A DNA stretch of 64,000 bases from Blasia pusilla (taxonomy: Eukaryota): contig CM114271.1 in the NCBI GenBank assembly GCA_050084515.1, positions 32,984,001-33,048,000 on the forward strand, in the 5' to 3' direction. Of the stretch, positions 25,206 to 36,998 are shown one piece after another. Positions within the stretch are counted from its first letter, which is position 1. The number at the start of each line of letters is the position of its first letter. The position numbers were made by a program, and so were the translations under genes. A model generated the notes under the pieces. That model did no database searches, was not told where the DNA came from, and saw only the letters and a list, made by a program, of their open reading frames with translations.

Positions 25206-27603
25206 AACTTCACAGTGAAGTGCAACAAATGGAAACTGGTAGAAAGTGTCATTTGCTATACAAACATTATCCTTGCATCTTGTAACTATTTACTCACTAC
25301 ATAATCAGACAAAATACATACTCTGTTGATTCTTTTCTCTAGAGCCAAAGCATTTAATTTCGTAGGTGGTTGCACGAAGGGGGGTCACTATATGAAAGGC
25401 TCTACATCACCTACGACGTTTTAGGATCTAGGCCTCCTAACTTATAAGTGACAAACTTTTTTTCTCACCCTTATGTACTTTAAGGAGTCATTTTTCATTT
25501 TTGGTACCCCTAAAATTCTTTATGTAAAGAAATCACTTGAAATAAATAGGGCCTTGAAAGAAAAGAAAAGTACTAAATTAAGTTAACATCCAACATGTTG
25601 TCGTTACACTATGATATAGGGGGATTCAACCCCTAATTGAGCAAGAAGCTCAATCAACCAATCTGTCATCCCCCTAGCCTACTCCCTCCTACTAATCTAC
25701 TCACAATTCAACAATGTCAAGTACACTCTAAGCACAATCCACAAAAATATTGAATCCAACATGTCTCAAACATAAAAAAACTCACCAAGATCAACTCACA
25801 CTCTGAATGTATGTAGTCAAAGCATGTAAGTCAAGTGAATCAAGTATACATATTCTATCTTGTACCCCTGATTTCATTGTCAAGTTCACATTAGAAATCA
25901 CCATTTTAATATCAATCCATTGCACATTTATTGCATCATAAGTGAACAAGGTTTTATTGTTACGATGGCCGAAAGACTTGTACCAATTACACATGACACA
26001 AAAAATGCTTCCCTTTTGTCTAGGAGGAGGTATAGGTATGTCCATCAAGTCCAAGGCCCTACGACATCTTGACCAATGTGTACCATTCTTCTAAATCATA
26101 AACACAATACTCCCTCACCAATACTCCTTTTTGCAACTCTTGTCTCCATTGCAAGTTGTGTCTCTTTTCCCTTCCTTTTCTTTGACTTTGTTGATCTTGT
26201 GGAAGGGCCAACGTCTGCTCTAGATTCAAAAAAAATTGTGATATCACTACCAACATCAACCAAAAAAGTTGTGCAATTAGGATCACGCTTCTTTCCCTTT
26301 CCAATGGTGTAATATATCTTTTGGGCTCTTCGAGTTAGCTTATCCTTTGACATGAAAGGATTGCAAGACAACTAATTTACAAGGATGGATTTATAGATAA
26401 TCGTTCCCTCATAAGTTACAGTAGGCACTATTGTATGGGGAATCGCAACAGAAGTTAGTTTTGCTTGACAACCACGCTCACAAAGTGTTGCGAATTTTCA
26501 AGTGTTTCTGGAGAGCTCAAAGATCAAAATATGATTGGCAACAAGCAGCAAAATTTTATTTGCTGACCACTCTATACACAATTGTCCACAAGAGACGACA
26601 TTGGTTTCAGCTTTCAACCATACACTTTGTGTTGGAAAACTACGAACGAAACTAAATACTTAAGTTGAATGCTCGTTGGAGGTTAGCTCATGGTGGCATT
26701 ACAAGAGGAAATTGCATGGTGGCTTCGTGGAGAAGTACAGGATTGCAGCAGAGAGATGGCAAGGAGAGTAAGAATTTTTTGGGCACATTAGGTTTCAAAT
26801 ATCTCTCTTACACAACCAAATATGATTCAAATGAGAGAGAGATCACATGCTTACTTGAATCAGCTTGAAAACAAGAGGGTGGATAAAAATAAGCCGACCC
26901 ATGCCAAACAATGGTGAACCAACTTCAACAATAAGCCAAAACGATAAACATACACGAATGATTATAGAGAAGCACACTTTGTCCGTCTGAAGTTCTAGTA
27001 TGCAGGATGTAGATCCAGTTGAAAAAAAAATGCCTTGAGCTGCTTCACGAGCTCTTTCACAAGTAGGTGTTAGTGATCACAGATCGAAGAAAGTTTTTCA
27101 ACATGTCCGCTATTCGGGAAGAACTCAACAGAGGACTGATTGAAGCTTGCTCGATCATCAACCCGCCTACAACTTGCTTGCAAGCTCCTCTTTTGAGTGG
27201 CGGTTGTTCGTCTTTCCTTGGAAGGTTTTCCCCTAAACCCAAACCCGGTTCAAGTCTACTCGGGAGAAATAGTGGGAAAATGGTTAAGGGGGAAAACCTT
27301 TAAAAAATATATCTTTTTCCCTCTACGTTTCCCTACAAAGAATCAAAGAATTTTGTACCTAGGGAGGACAATTATTATATAAAATTACATTTGAAATAAA
27401 TATAAAAAAATTTATGCAAAAAAATGTATTATATATATATTTTTAAGTATTAACCCTACCTTATGTGAATGTCTTCCATGGAAGGGAAACTAATATAATG
27501 ACCCTATTGTTCTTTTAAGAGCGCCATAGAATAAATTAAACCCTATTGTTCTTCCACAAAACTTAATAAGTTTTCTTCCAAGGGACACAATTAAAAAAAA
27601 CCC

Positions 27604-29397
27604 TTACTTTATCACACGTGATGGGGCATATTTGTGGAAGTGAGATCCCCGAGGAATGTAACAACAAATCTCAGAAGGTATTCTATCAATGTCATCATTG
27701 TCTACCCTCATAATCATATGACTATAGAGGCTTCTCCTATTTTGCAACTCATATCTAAGGAGGTAGTCTTTAACTCTACCACGAATTTGTGGACGAGAAA
27801 GAATAAATTGAAACATGAATGTTTGTAGGCGAGTGTGGAAAAGTTTGGCACATTCTGAGGGTGTGTCACGCCATGTAAAGTCCTTATTAAATTTTACTAG
27901 TAAGTTCTGTACATCATCAATCTCAGACGAGTGTGTGGGTGAGGCTTCATCAGAGGTTAGTGTCAAGAAATAGGAGGGCATGCCCCATTTATGAACCATT
28001 GCTTTTAGGTCTTTGAGATGCCTCTTGTGCCAGGAAGGACTATCAGGTAATTGCGGGCTAATAAAATATTTAGATAAATGTTGGTATAAGTCTTTCTCTT
28101 TTAAGATTGATTTTTCTTTCCTAAGTTTGTTGAGTTCTCTATCTAGTATGAAGGTCCTACTTGCCGAGCATAGAGCAATAGACTACAATAATTGGTACAT
28201 TAGTAGAGTGTATGGTTTGTAGAGAGAAAAGATAGTGAACAATTGTCTAGATCTATTTTGTATGTAGTCCGAAAATGTGGAATGACCAGTCTAAAACCCA
28301 CGTAAGAACGGAAATAAAAATGGAAATAAAGTTGTCTCTATTATCAATTTGGAATCAAAAGAACATCCAGATGAATCACTGAGAAGAGTAGTGCGCAAGC
28401 TTGAGGATGACCGCAGCAAAAGGCTACCACTGCCAAATATGTCAGTAGATTTTCTTCGCTTTACAGGGACTGAGTATGAAACATCTTGTAGGAAATTTAA
28501 ATTAGGATTACAGGGATTGTACTCCATGCTGTGTGTAACATGACCTTTAACCTCAGACGAGCTTATTATAGATTAAACACATGACTCAGATAGAATAACC
28601 AGGCCACAAGATGGATTTGGTACCTCTAATAGAATCAAGTAAATCTTGTCTAGCTCATTCGTCTAGAACTTTATTGATAATATATGTTCTAAGGCTAGAC
28701 ATAGGACATTAGTACTAGCAGCTATACTGGTTTTCATATTAGATCCTATTAAAGGAGAATCCAAGAATGAAGACATCTTGAAGAAACCCTTATGGAACCC
28801 ATTGAACTTAGTTTCTATTCTGATCCTTGAGTCTACAATGGAGAGTAGTTGTAATTTCTATGGATCTACGCTTAGTACAATACGTATATAAGACGGCGTC
28901 ATATACACATTCAAACCTGTTCTGGGCTTACTAGAAATGCATATGTCACAAACATGGAAGTAATCCAACGGATTCCAACCAAGGTACAATATACTCTCTT
29001 AGGAACCCATTACATAATGCATAGGGTGGAGAACTGTCTGAGTGAACAACAACCATCTTAGTATGTGGATTACTGACAATGCCACAATAACCACAACATT
29101 GCATTTTTTTTAAATGGAAGAACAAGTTTCTTGCCATTTTAGCAAATATGTATGTGCTAATGGCCAGTGAGTGCAATGTGGTGAAGACATTAATTTCTTT
29201 TTCACATTGACTCTCTCACGTGCAGATGATCTATATTTTTTGAGTCTTGTCATACATAAAATGAAAGATGTCTTGAAGTTCACCTTTCTTAAGTTATGAT
29301 AAATTGTTGACTGTAGTGGTGAAGAACTCTCATGTAATGCAATTAGTGGTGGTTTATCGCTTGCTGACTGCGATTTGTGAATGCAGTCCCTAACCAT
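27604..29397 (-). pseudogene. Helitron Rep (HUH endonuclease) N-terminal half, with in-frame stops
   Basis: ORFs 29110-29397, 28291-28527 and 27604-27999 share one frame. Reading through stops gives ETTLFPFLFP...PDSPSWHKRHLKDLKAMVHKWGMPSYFLTLT...GRVKDYLLRYELQNRRSLYSHMIM, i.e. Helitron Rep motif 1 (P..FLTLT) and a decayed HUH motif 2 (E.Q.RG..H.H). Confidence 0.85.
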
Positions 29398-29531
29398 GAG
29401 TGTTTATTTATGTAGATAATCACGTATGTCCACACGCTCTAGTAGCTCCTTTTGGACTCTCCAAAGAACTCCATTGTAGGACTAAAACTAGGGTGCCTTC
29501 TACAACCTCACTTCTATCACTCTCGTCATCT

Positions 29532-30443
29532 CTATCTGGGTGCTACCACTTGGGCTCGCACCGCCTCCCACGTAGGATTCGTCACTACAACATCCGCTAC
29601 CACCACCTCAGACTCCCTCGTCATGTAGAGATCAACACGGATAAGGGAATCCCGCATGGAATAGTGCCTCTCTCTTTGTACATGGAATCCACTTTCCCGA
29701 GCAATAGAGAACATAATATCCCGCACAACATCGTGAGTGGCTATCCTCTCACCCCCAACTGGACACCGTGCCAAATGCACACCAAGTGGATCTAGACTCT
29801 GGCGACACTCGCAGTGTGTCGAATCAACCACCGTTGGTTGGGGCAGGCCCAATCGGAACCTTATCGCTGTAGTGTAGGTAAGTGGTGCCATGCGAGAATC
29901 CGGGATGAGGGGACGAGCCCCTACCCATGAGCCTGCCCCCTTTCCGGAGCAAGAGCGAATACGGGCCTGAACCTCCATGGGGATATTCCCGTCCGACATA
30001 GTAGCTCTAAACAATGCATCAAAGTGGGCTTCCATCAAAGAAGATTGGAGCCCAGACCGTCTGGAGGTAACTAGGGAAGAGAAAGCGGGAAGAACTGCTC
30101 TAGCCTCAACAAGAAGGGAGTCTCTACAAGCTGCGAGTGAAGACTGAAGACCATCCTCAACCTGGGAAACATACTGTAAAAGTAGCGGTCTATCCCTAAC
30201 CAAAAATTGGGAGCAAAGGAGGGGTGCTACAGTGGCCCAACTCCCTAAAAAGGCTAAATACGCCACTAACTCAATTGCTATGAGACCTACTCCACCAAAG
30301 GCAATCGGCCAAGAAGCCTGTCTACGAGCTAACTCCCCCGCGGGGCACTCTAATGAGCCGGGTCCTAGATCATCCCCGAACGCTTGCATAATCTTTCTAT
30401 CAAAGGATCTATACAAGGAAGAAATATGGCTAGTCACCCACAC
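29532..30443 (-). mobile_element. RLE-type (CRE-like) non-LTR retrotransposon fragment: post-RT region, zinc knuckle and endonuclease start
   Basis: 303-aa ORF with QASWPIAFGGVGL, ARIRSCSGKGAGSW, AIRFRLGLP, a zinc knuckle CEC...LDPLGVHLARC.VGGERIATHD.VRD and RVDLY...VVADVVVTNP (PD-D/ExK-like). This layout is typical of R2-group/CRE elements. Confidence 0.75.
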
Positions 30444-31152
30444 GGTTCTACACAGATAACCACGTCTACGGGCAAAACATGACTAGAGGATTCCATAAGC
30501 TACTTGAGGGTCACCAATCCTCGTGAAATCGTCGACATGAAGAAAATTCTCGATAAGAGTTGCCACCACAATACTCGACACAAAATCCTGACTTCCGAAG
30601 TGGGACTCCCAAGACGCTTTCGTCGGGTTTTCATTTACCAAATGAAAAAAAATCCGGTGACAAGCCTAATGAAAAAAAAGGAGAAACTAGGAGCCGTCCC
30701 TAAGAGGGACCTAATAAGTGAGATCATCCGGAGTGACGCATACGAGAGTCTCCTGACAATCCAGTGCATCTGTCCGTGTGCCTGCGATCGATCTTGACGC
30801 GAGGGAAAATGGTGAGCGGGTTGCATGCCGGCAGTGGAATTCGTCCGAAGATGGTTTGCAATTTGTTTGCGCTTTTGATGGGAAATTTGTCAATTCTTGT
30901 GGATCCGTGAGGGCGCTGGAATCGCACGGTGCATTGGGTGCGTGGGCTCTCTGTGGTCGCTGCGCTGCGTGCGTGCGTGCGTCGACAATTCCGTAGTGGA
31001 GACGCAGCTCTGGCAGCGGAGTATGGGGGATGGTGTTATGAATAGAATGTCCAGTGCCTACCACGGTCACAACAACCGCAGTCTTGCTGTGCTGGAGTGA
31101 GTTTCATGACCAGGAGCTGCATGGGTTTTTGATTCGCTCGGAGGGAAGCAAC

Positions 31153-33643
31153 ATGGACTTCGTTGCAGCTGCGGCGGAGGGACGGCTGATTTGCAAAGTG
31201 TGAGTGCTGCATCTCTCTCAAATCTCTGCAATCCTGACTGACTAATTGACCGAGTGACGAAGCCAGGGACGAGCTGAGCTCTGAGCATTGATTACAGGAG
31301 ATGGTGGTGGCGGCAAAGCTGACGACACGAGAAAGTTGGAAATTCCGCTCATGTGGTTGGTGATTCAGCCAGTCGTGTTGCGAAGGAGGGTGATGTTTGG
31401 TTTTTCCAGAAAGAAACTCACACGGTTTCGTTTGCCTACAGATGCGAAAAGCAGCATTCCAAGTACACCTGCCCACGGTGCAATCTACGCTACTGTTCTC
31501 TACCGTGCTACAAGGTTCTGATTGCTACCTTTTTTCTTCGCAGGGTTTGTTTATTTCATCGCTAGGGTTTTCATCATGGCTAGTTTGATTGGGGTTTGGT
31601 TACTATGGTAGATTTCTCTTGTCCAGGTTTGTTTATTGATTGGCAATACCTTTGGTACTGCCTGTGGAAGTCAGTACACTTCTCTCGAATAGATTTATTT
31701 GTCTGATAGGTAGGGCCTTTAGTGCTGCTTGTGGGTATCTGTGCACTCGGCTTGATGAAGTTTGCCTACTTTATCGGTAGGGTACCTGGTGCCGCTTGTG
31801 GGTATCTCAACACTGATCTCGTGGAGGTTCGTTTATCTGATTGGTGAGGTGTTTAGTGGTTTAGTGCTAGCAGTGGGTGTTGATTCTGGGCCCAGGGTTG
31901 GGAATTTGGTCTACTGATTCTAAACCACATGTGATTGGGGTTTTGCAGGGTCATAGTCTTCGATGCACAGAGTCTTTCATGTGCGAGAATGTCATGGAAG
32001 AAATGCATGAGGTTCGTGCAACTGAGGAAACTCAAAGGCGAATGATGGAGATGTTGAAGCGGATACATTTTGACGATTCAGGTCGGAGCATTTTTGAAGA
32101 TGAAAGCCTTGTGCCTGATGATGACTCTGACTGCGATGATGATTCCAACAATGGTGAAGGTAAATGTTCATTTGTGCATTTATTAGATTATGTTGGGTAT
32201 ATTCTCTTTTTATTGATGCACACGGACGGTTGTAGAATCATGAAAGGGCAAACTCTTTGCCTGTGAAGTGGGTGATATTTGAAATGATTTCTCTGGCTGT
32301 GATGTCTCGGTGGAACAGATACCATTTTTTCAAAGAGGACTCTTCAACTGATTTCTGAAGGTGTGCACTATTTGAGCCCCCACTTTGTAACTGGTTGCTG
32401 TCATCAGTATAGTTTGTATTCATGCAATACCACCAGGGTGCTACAGCATATTGAGTAGGAGATTCCATGAAACTGGAGCTAAAAAATTGGTTTCTATTTT
32501 CTCAAAAGTCCAGTGACTAAGACGTTGTGTCCAAATTTAAATCATGCGTCGTTGAAGGAGGTTGAAATTGAAGGAATGAAATGGTTTTCAGGTGTTAATT
32601 TGACTCTGGACAATCTCGGTGAGAAAGAAAGAAAAGCCTTTTTACGAGCTCTGGCTGCTGGGGATGTCAGTCACATGATTCAACCTTGGAGCCCATGGTG
32701 GTTCAATCCTCTGGCCAGAAACGTCTGCATTACAAAGCAAGGGACGGCTCTGGTACAGTCTGCGCAGGAGTCTGGAGCATCGAGTAATGATGAAGTTGAG
32801 ACTGATTCCAGTGACATACCCCTACCTTACTTTGAAGCACTTCCTTCTGTGAGGCAACAAACACATATGGAACCTTCTCCATTACTACCTATACACCTGA
32901 CGGAGGTGATCTACGCCTACTGCTTCGTTCTCAGATACTTCAATGGGGACTGGCGAAGTGAGCCACTGGAAGCAACATCGGCTTTGCTCAGTGTTTCCCA
33001 CATCCTGGGTCAAGCAGCTACTCCAGAATCTATGGGTACGGCTTTAGGTGATCTGCTGAAAACTGTATGCTCACCCTTATTCAAGCATGCTGGTGGTTTC
33101 AACTTTGGAGTTGCTCTTTTTGATGACTCTGCAGCTGTGCTTCGACTTGGAAGGGCATGTATCATATGTGGTTTGGCAGACTTGCACAGAATGCTCGAGG
33201 TTGCCAAGAAAGAGTTAAAAGAGGAGTTAAGATCCGATAAGAAGCAGGGAAGCCAGAAGTTTAGGCCACTAAGGTCAACAATAGGTGACAAGTTGAATCA
33301 GAAGTCTTCTGTCAGTCAAAGGTTGAATAGAGTTACTAGCAGCCAAGAGAAGCAAAAGCAGGAGGTGAAGAAACTGGAAGCATCCAGGAGGAAAGTTTAC
33401 TTCCTGATGTGTTGGGCCAATGAACAGTTGGATGAGATTTTTTCATCTACAGCATCTGCAGTAGAAATGGAGAAGAGAAGGGTACTTGAGACTAGACCAG
33501 CTGACTTGGGAAGATTAATGGTGACTGACTTGAAGCCATTGAAGAGAGAACCGCTCATTGAGGAAGTAGATGTTGGTGGTTTGACAACTAATAATGTGGA
33601 GTTAGGTAACAAAGGAAAGCCTCTCATTGAGGAATTTATCTGA
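31153..33643 (+). CDS. ZNHIT2: Zinc finger HIT domain-containing protein 2-like, 5 exons, ~474 aa
   Basis: Exons 31153-31199, 31442-31514, 31949-32159, 32319-32360 and 32592-33643 join in frame. They give ICKVCEKQHSKYTCPRCNLRYCSLPCYKGHSLRCTESF (zf-HIT), MMEMLKRIH, I.PW.PWW, SPLL.IHL.EVIYAYCFVLRYFNGDW, RKVYFLMCWANEQ and a terminal KPLIEE. Confidence 0.9.
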
Positions 33644-35907
33644 TCTACGAGGGTACCAAATCATTGTGTGAGTATGAAAATCAGTGTGTTGCCGAGGGAT
33701 GGCGAACTTGCTCTCAAGTCTTCTTGTTTCGTTACCTCCAGCTCGTATGCATTTCTGGACGGCACTGTCAGACTTGTTCAGAGCTCTCCCTCCTGTGTAT
33801 TCAGTTTGTGTTGCGCCTCAGGTGGGTCTTCATCTCAATAAGGTCTTTTGCCATAACTGACTCATGCCTCTTCAGTTTGTATTTCAAATCTGTGGCAAGT
33901 CCTCGTTGCCATATAGTGGTTGATCCTCAATAGTTCTTCAATGATGTAAGGTTCCTAAGTTGTTATGTCACTCTTAAATGATATCTTTTGCCATAGCTGG
34001 TTTTTTTTAAGGTCTTGTGTGATTGCGTATTTATCTGTGCAGAGTGCATTGGATTACTTAGTAAACAGACATGATGAGGGCATGGGAGATCTGCCGTTTT
34101 ATCTTTTGTAGTAGGAGCACCTCTCATGGCAAACTGAATCTGCATGTGCAGTTCTGAATTCACGGAGAGAAGGAAGGACATGCTTTGAGGAATCATTGGC
34201 AATTGTCACTCTCATCTTAGCAGCAATGAAGATCCAGTTCTGACACTAGAAGCTGAGGTTAATCGATTGAGGCCAGGACGATCCATCAGGTTGCTCAAAA
34301 CCATCTACTTAAGTTGTAAGGACAGTTGTGGCCCTTTGCATAAATTGATTCTTTTCCTTGGCAGGAGGTTGCCATTGACTCAATGCCCTAGGGATATGGC
34401 AATGAATATTTCTTGTGTTTGGACGAGTGTGTAGGAGCCAATGGCATTTGGCAAAGTAGCTTTTCAACAAGGTCCAGATGAAGAAGTGATCATTTTTAGG
34501 GATCAAAATTTTTGAAAAGTCTATTTGTTGTCCTTCAATATTCAGTGATCCAAATTGAGGTTGCAAAATGTTGGGAGGGCCCTTGGTTTTGGTAATTGAG
34601 TCATGTTACCCGACTTTTGAGCACATAGTGGAGTTCTAGTGAAGAAGCCCAAATACAATGGAATTCAGATCAAGTAGTAGGTGGTTTGGAGGAAGGCTTA
34701 AGGAGTGTTCTCGTTCATCCGAGCATAATGAAAACAAGGTACTAGTAGGAATAAACATATTGGTCAATTCTAGGTACTATGAAGATGGTCATCTGGGGTT
34801 GAATATAGAACTATTTGTCAATATGTCTTGCACTTTGTTAATCAATTTTCACGTTTTGGGATTGGAAAGGGTCCTCCCTACTCCTCTTTGGGAGCCCCAC
34901 AAAGAGTATCCCACATTGAGCGATGGGAGTGGAGGATTTATGTAAAGGTTATTTTTATTAGGAAAGCCGCAATTTTCAAGTAAATTATATTTGTTTGGAT
35001 TGGGTTATAGAGTCCTTCCCTTCTCCTTTTTACAAGGCCTGCGAGGAGACTCCCACCTTAAGCCTTGTGAGCAAAAGATTTAGGTTGGGTCTTGAATTCC
35101 AACTGGTTGTGTGTTCCTTGAGGTTGAATCGGATATTTTGTTGAGCGTCTCAATTGTGGAGCTATCCACACGGCATATCCTCTCCCTTAAGAAGCCCTGT
35201 CCTTCACCCTTGACATTCATCAGTCATTATCTTTTTCATTCATGTGAGGTTGCCATGACTATCCTCAAGGTGTATGTGTCTCTAATGATACCCTAGCTTA
35301 TAACCTCAAACATGACCAATCACAAAACATGGTAAAACCCTATTTCAAGTTAATAGTAAGCAATAAGAAAAAGCTTGCCCCCTTCAAGTACTTCATGATT
35401 TTCTTGTTCCCCTTTCCATCTTATGTATCTAACTCAAGCTATTACTCAAGCCATCCAAGGGTGGATTAGGATTCCCAACTTTATGTTTGGCTAGTTGGAT
35501 CCCACGATGACTTGGGTGAGTCTTATGGTTGTTCCCACCTATCTTGATTGACCATGCTCATATTCTGTTATCCCACATTCAATGCGTCTCATAGTTATTC
35601 GCCTATATCGATTGGTGCCTTCATGCCTCGTAGTTGGTCTTGCAAAAATTCATGATCAGTCTCTTGATAATCCTGATTTCCAAGCCACTCACCCTCAACT
35701 AAGAACTAATGTCAAGGCTTGCTCGCCCATCTTGGCTTGCCCTTGGTTCTCGCTAGTGATTTCACACTTTTTCTCCTAAGATTTGTCTCAAGGCGTATGC
35801 TAGTCTTGACAACTCTTAGCTCACAACCTACTTTATTGCCCTTGGTGTCAAAGGTTGGCCTTGATACTTCTTGCCTTCTTGACCTTCTATTTCCATATCG
35901 CTTCGCC

Positions 35908-35978
35908 TGTTGCGATCCTCATGACCAAATATGTGCCAACGCGGAACATAAAAACTCTAGTGGGCTCACACTAGGATA
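35908..35978 (+). repeat. 5' tip of an LTR of the same Gypsy family, in opposite orientation
   Basis: tgttgcgatcctcatgacc...aactctagtgggctcacactaggata is similar to the reverse complement of 36929-36998 (tgtcgtgaccctcataacc...aactctagcgggctcacgctaggatg). Confidence 0.7.
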
Positions 35979-35981
35979 GAC

Positions 35982-36998
35982 TCTTGTGCGTCTTCTCCTT
36001 TTGAATGTCAATTTTTAGTGTTGCGAAAGCATGCGTTGAGTAGGATACGCTCTCATTGCCGATTTGCACCCAAACACATTCACATTAGTTTAGTTTAGGT
36101 TAATCTGCCTTCCAACCCACCGAGTTCTTAATTCGGCACCTCATCAAGCTTAACCTTCCATAGTTCCTAGCTTCCCAACATGGGCAAATCTTTTGAGATT
36201 TGGGACAGACTTTCTGGTTCGTCCAGCACCTAAAACGGTGTTTGTACGCTTAGCGGTCCCAATTGTCAAATGGACCTCGTTTGAGCCTTTAAACTAAGAT
36301 CCAAAAATATGAGTTGAGGGTTGGAATCTAATAAGGACCTCGGAAATCCATTCTATTAGACTTAGTTTGGGTTTCGAATCTCAACGCCAAAACTCCCGAT
36401 CCATTCCATGCCCTTGGGTCGTCGCAGGGCGCCCCAAAGTGGGATCCGAGTCCCAAACACTCTTGGAGATCTTCCCCCTTAAAAATACTTTTGGATATCT
36501 CCGCCCTCCCCCTTATCTTTGAGGAAGGGACACTCGGCCCCTCTTTTTGGCCCTCAACCCGACTCCCCGTATAGTTGTTTTCGGCCAATATTTTAGCCTC
36601 TACTTGTGGGTTTGCTGAGATCTTTGGTGCATTGGAATTGGATTTGCATAAGCTTTCCAACGGCATCTTGTTTGTTCCAAACATATCTGAAGACAAAAAT
36701 TTATGGTCCAAAATATAGTCAAAACCCCAAACGCTAGTAACGTTCCAAATCTGGTTCTTACCTCTTTGGCAACCAACATTCCTAGACTCGACTCTTCTCA
36801 AGTCTTGGTTCACGTTTGGTCCCGGTTTCCTAGTTGTGACCATAAACGCATGAAATGCTCACCGTTGTTTGCGTCTCCTTTCTTGTGTCTCTTGCGTCTC
36901 TTTGAAGAGACCACTCCAACGTGCCAACCATCCTAGCGTGAGCCCGCTAGAGTTCGGATGTTCTGCTTGGTGCTCGTTCGGTTATGAGGGTCACGACA
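35982..36998 (-). repeat. 3' LTR of the Gypsy element (~1 kb), preceded by a polypurine tract
   Basis: Starts TGTCGTGACC at 36998 on the minus strand, directly after a purine-rich tract (aaagaggggtgaa). 35982-36490 aligns by eye with 41788-42270. Confidence 0.85.

Larger units (their letters stand above)
21551..29540 (-). mobile_element. Degenerate Helitron (RepHel) with internal deletion, an internal insert and a downstream accessory gene; ends approximate
   Basis: Contains the Rep and PIF1-helicase remnants listed below. The candidate 3' CTAG end is at 21551-21554, with subterminal direct repeats at 21665/21729 and 21787/21827. The 5' end abuts the CRE-like fragment at ~29540. The termini are weakly supported. 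Confidence 0.65.
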
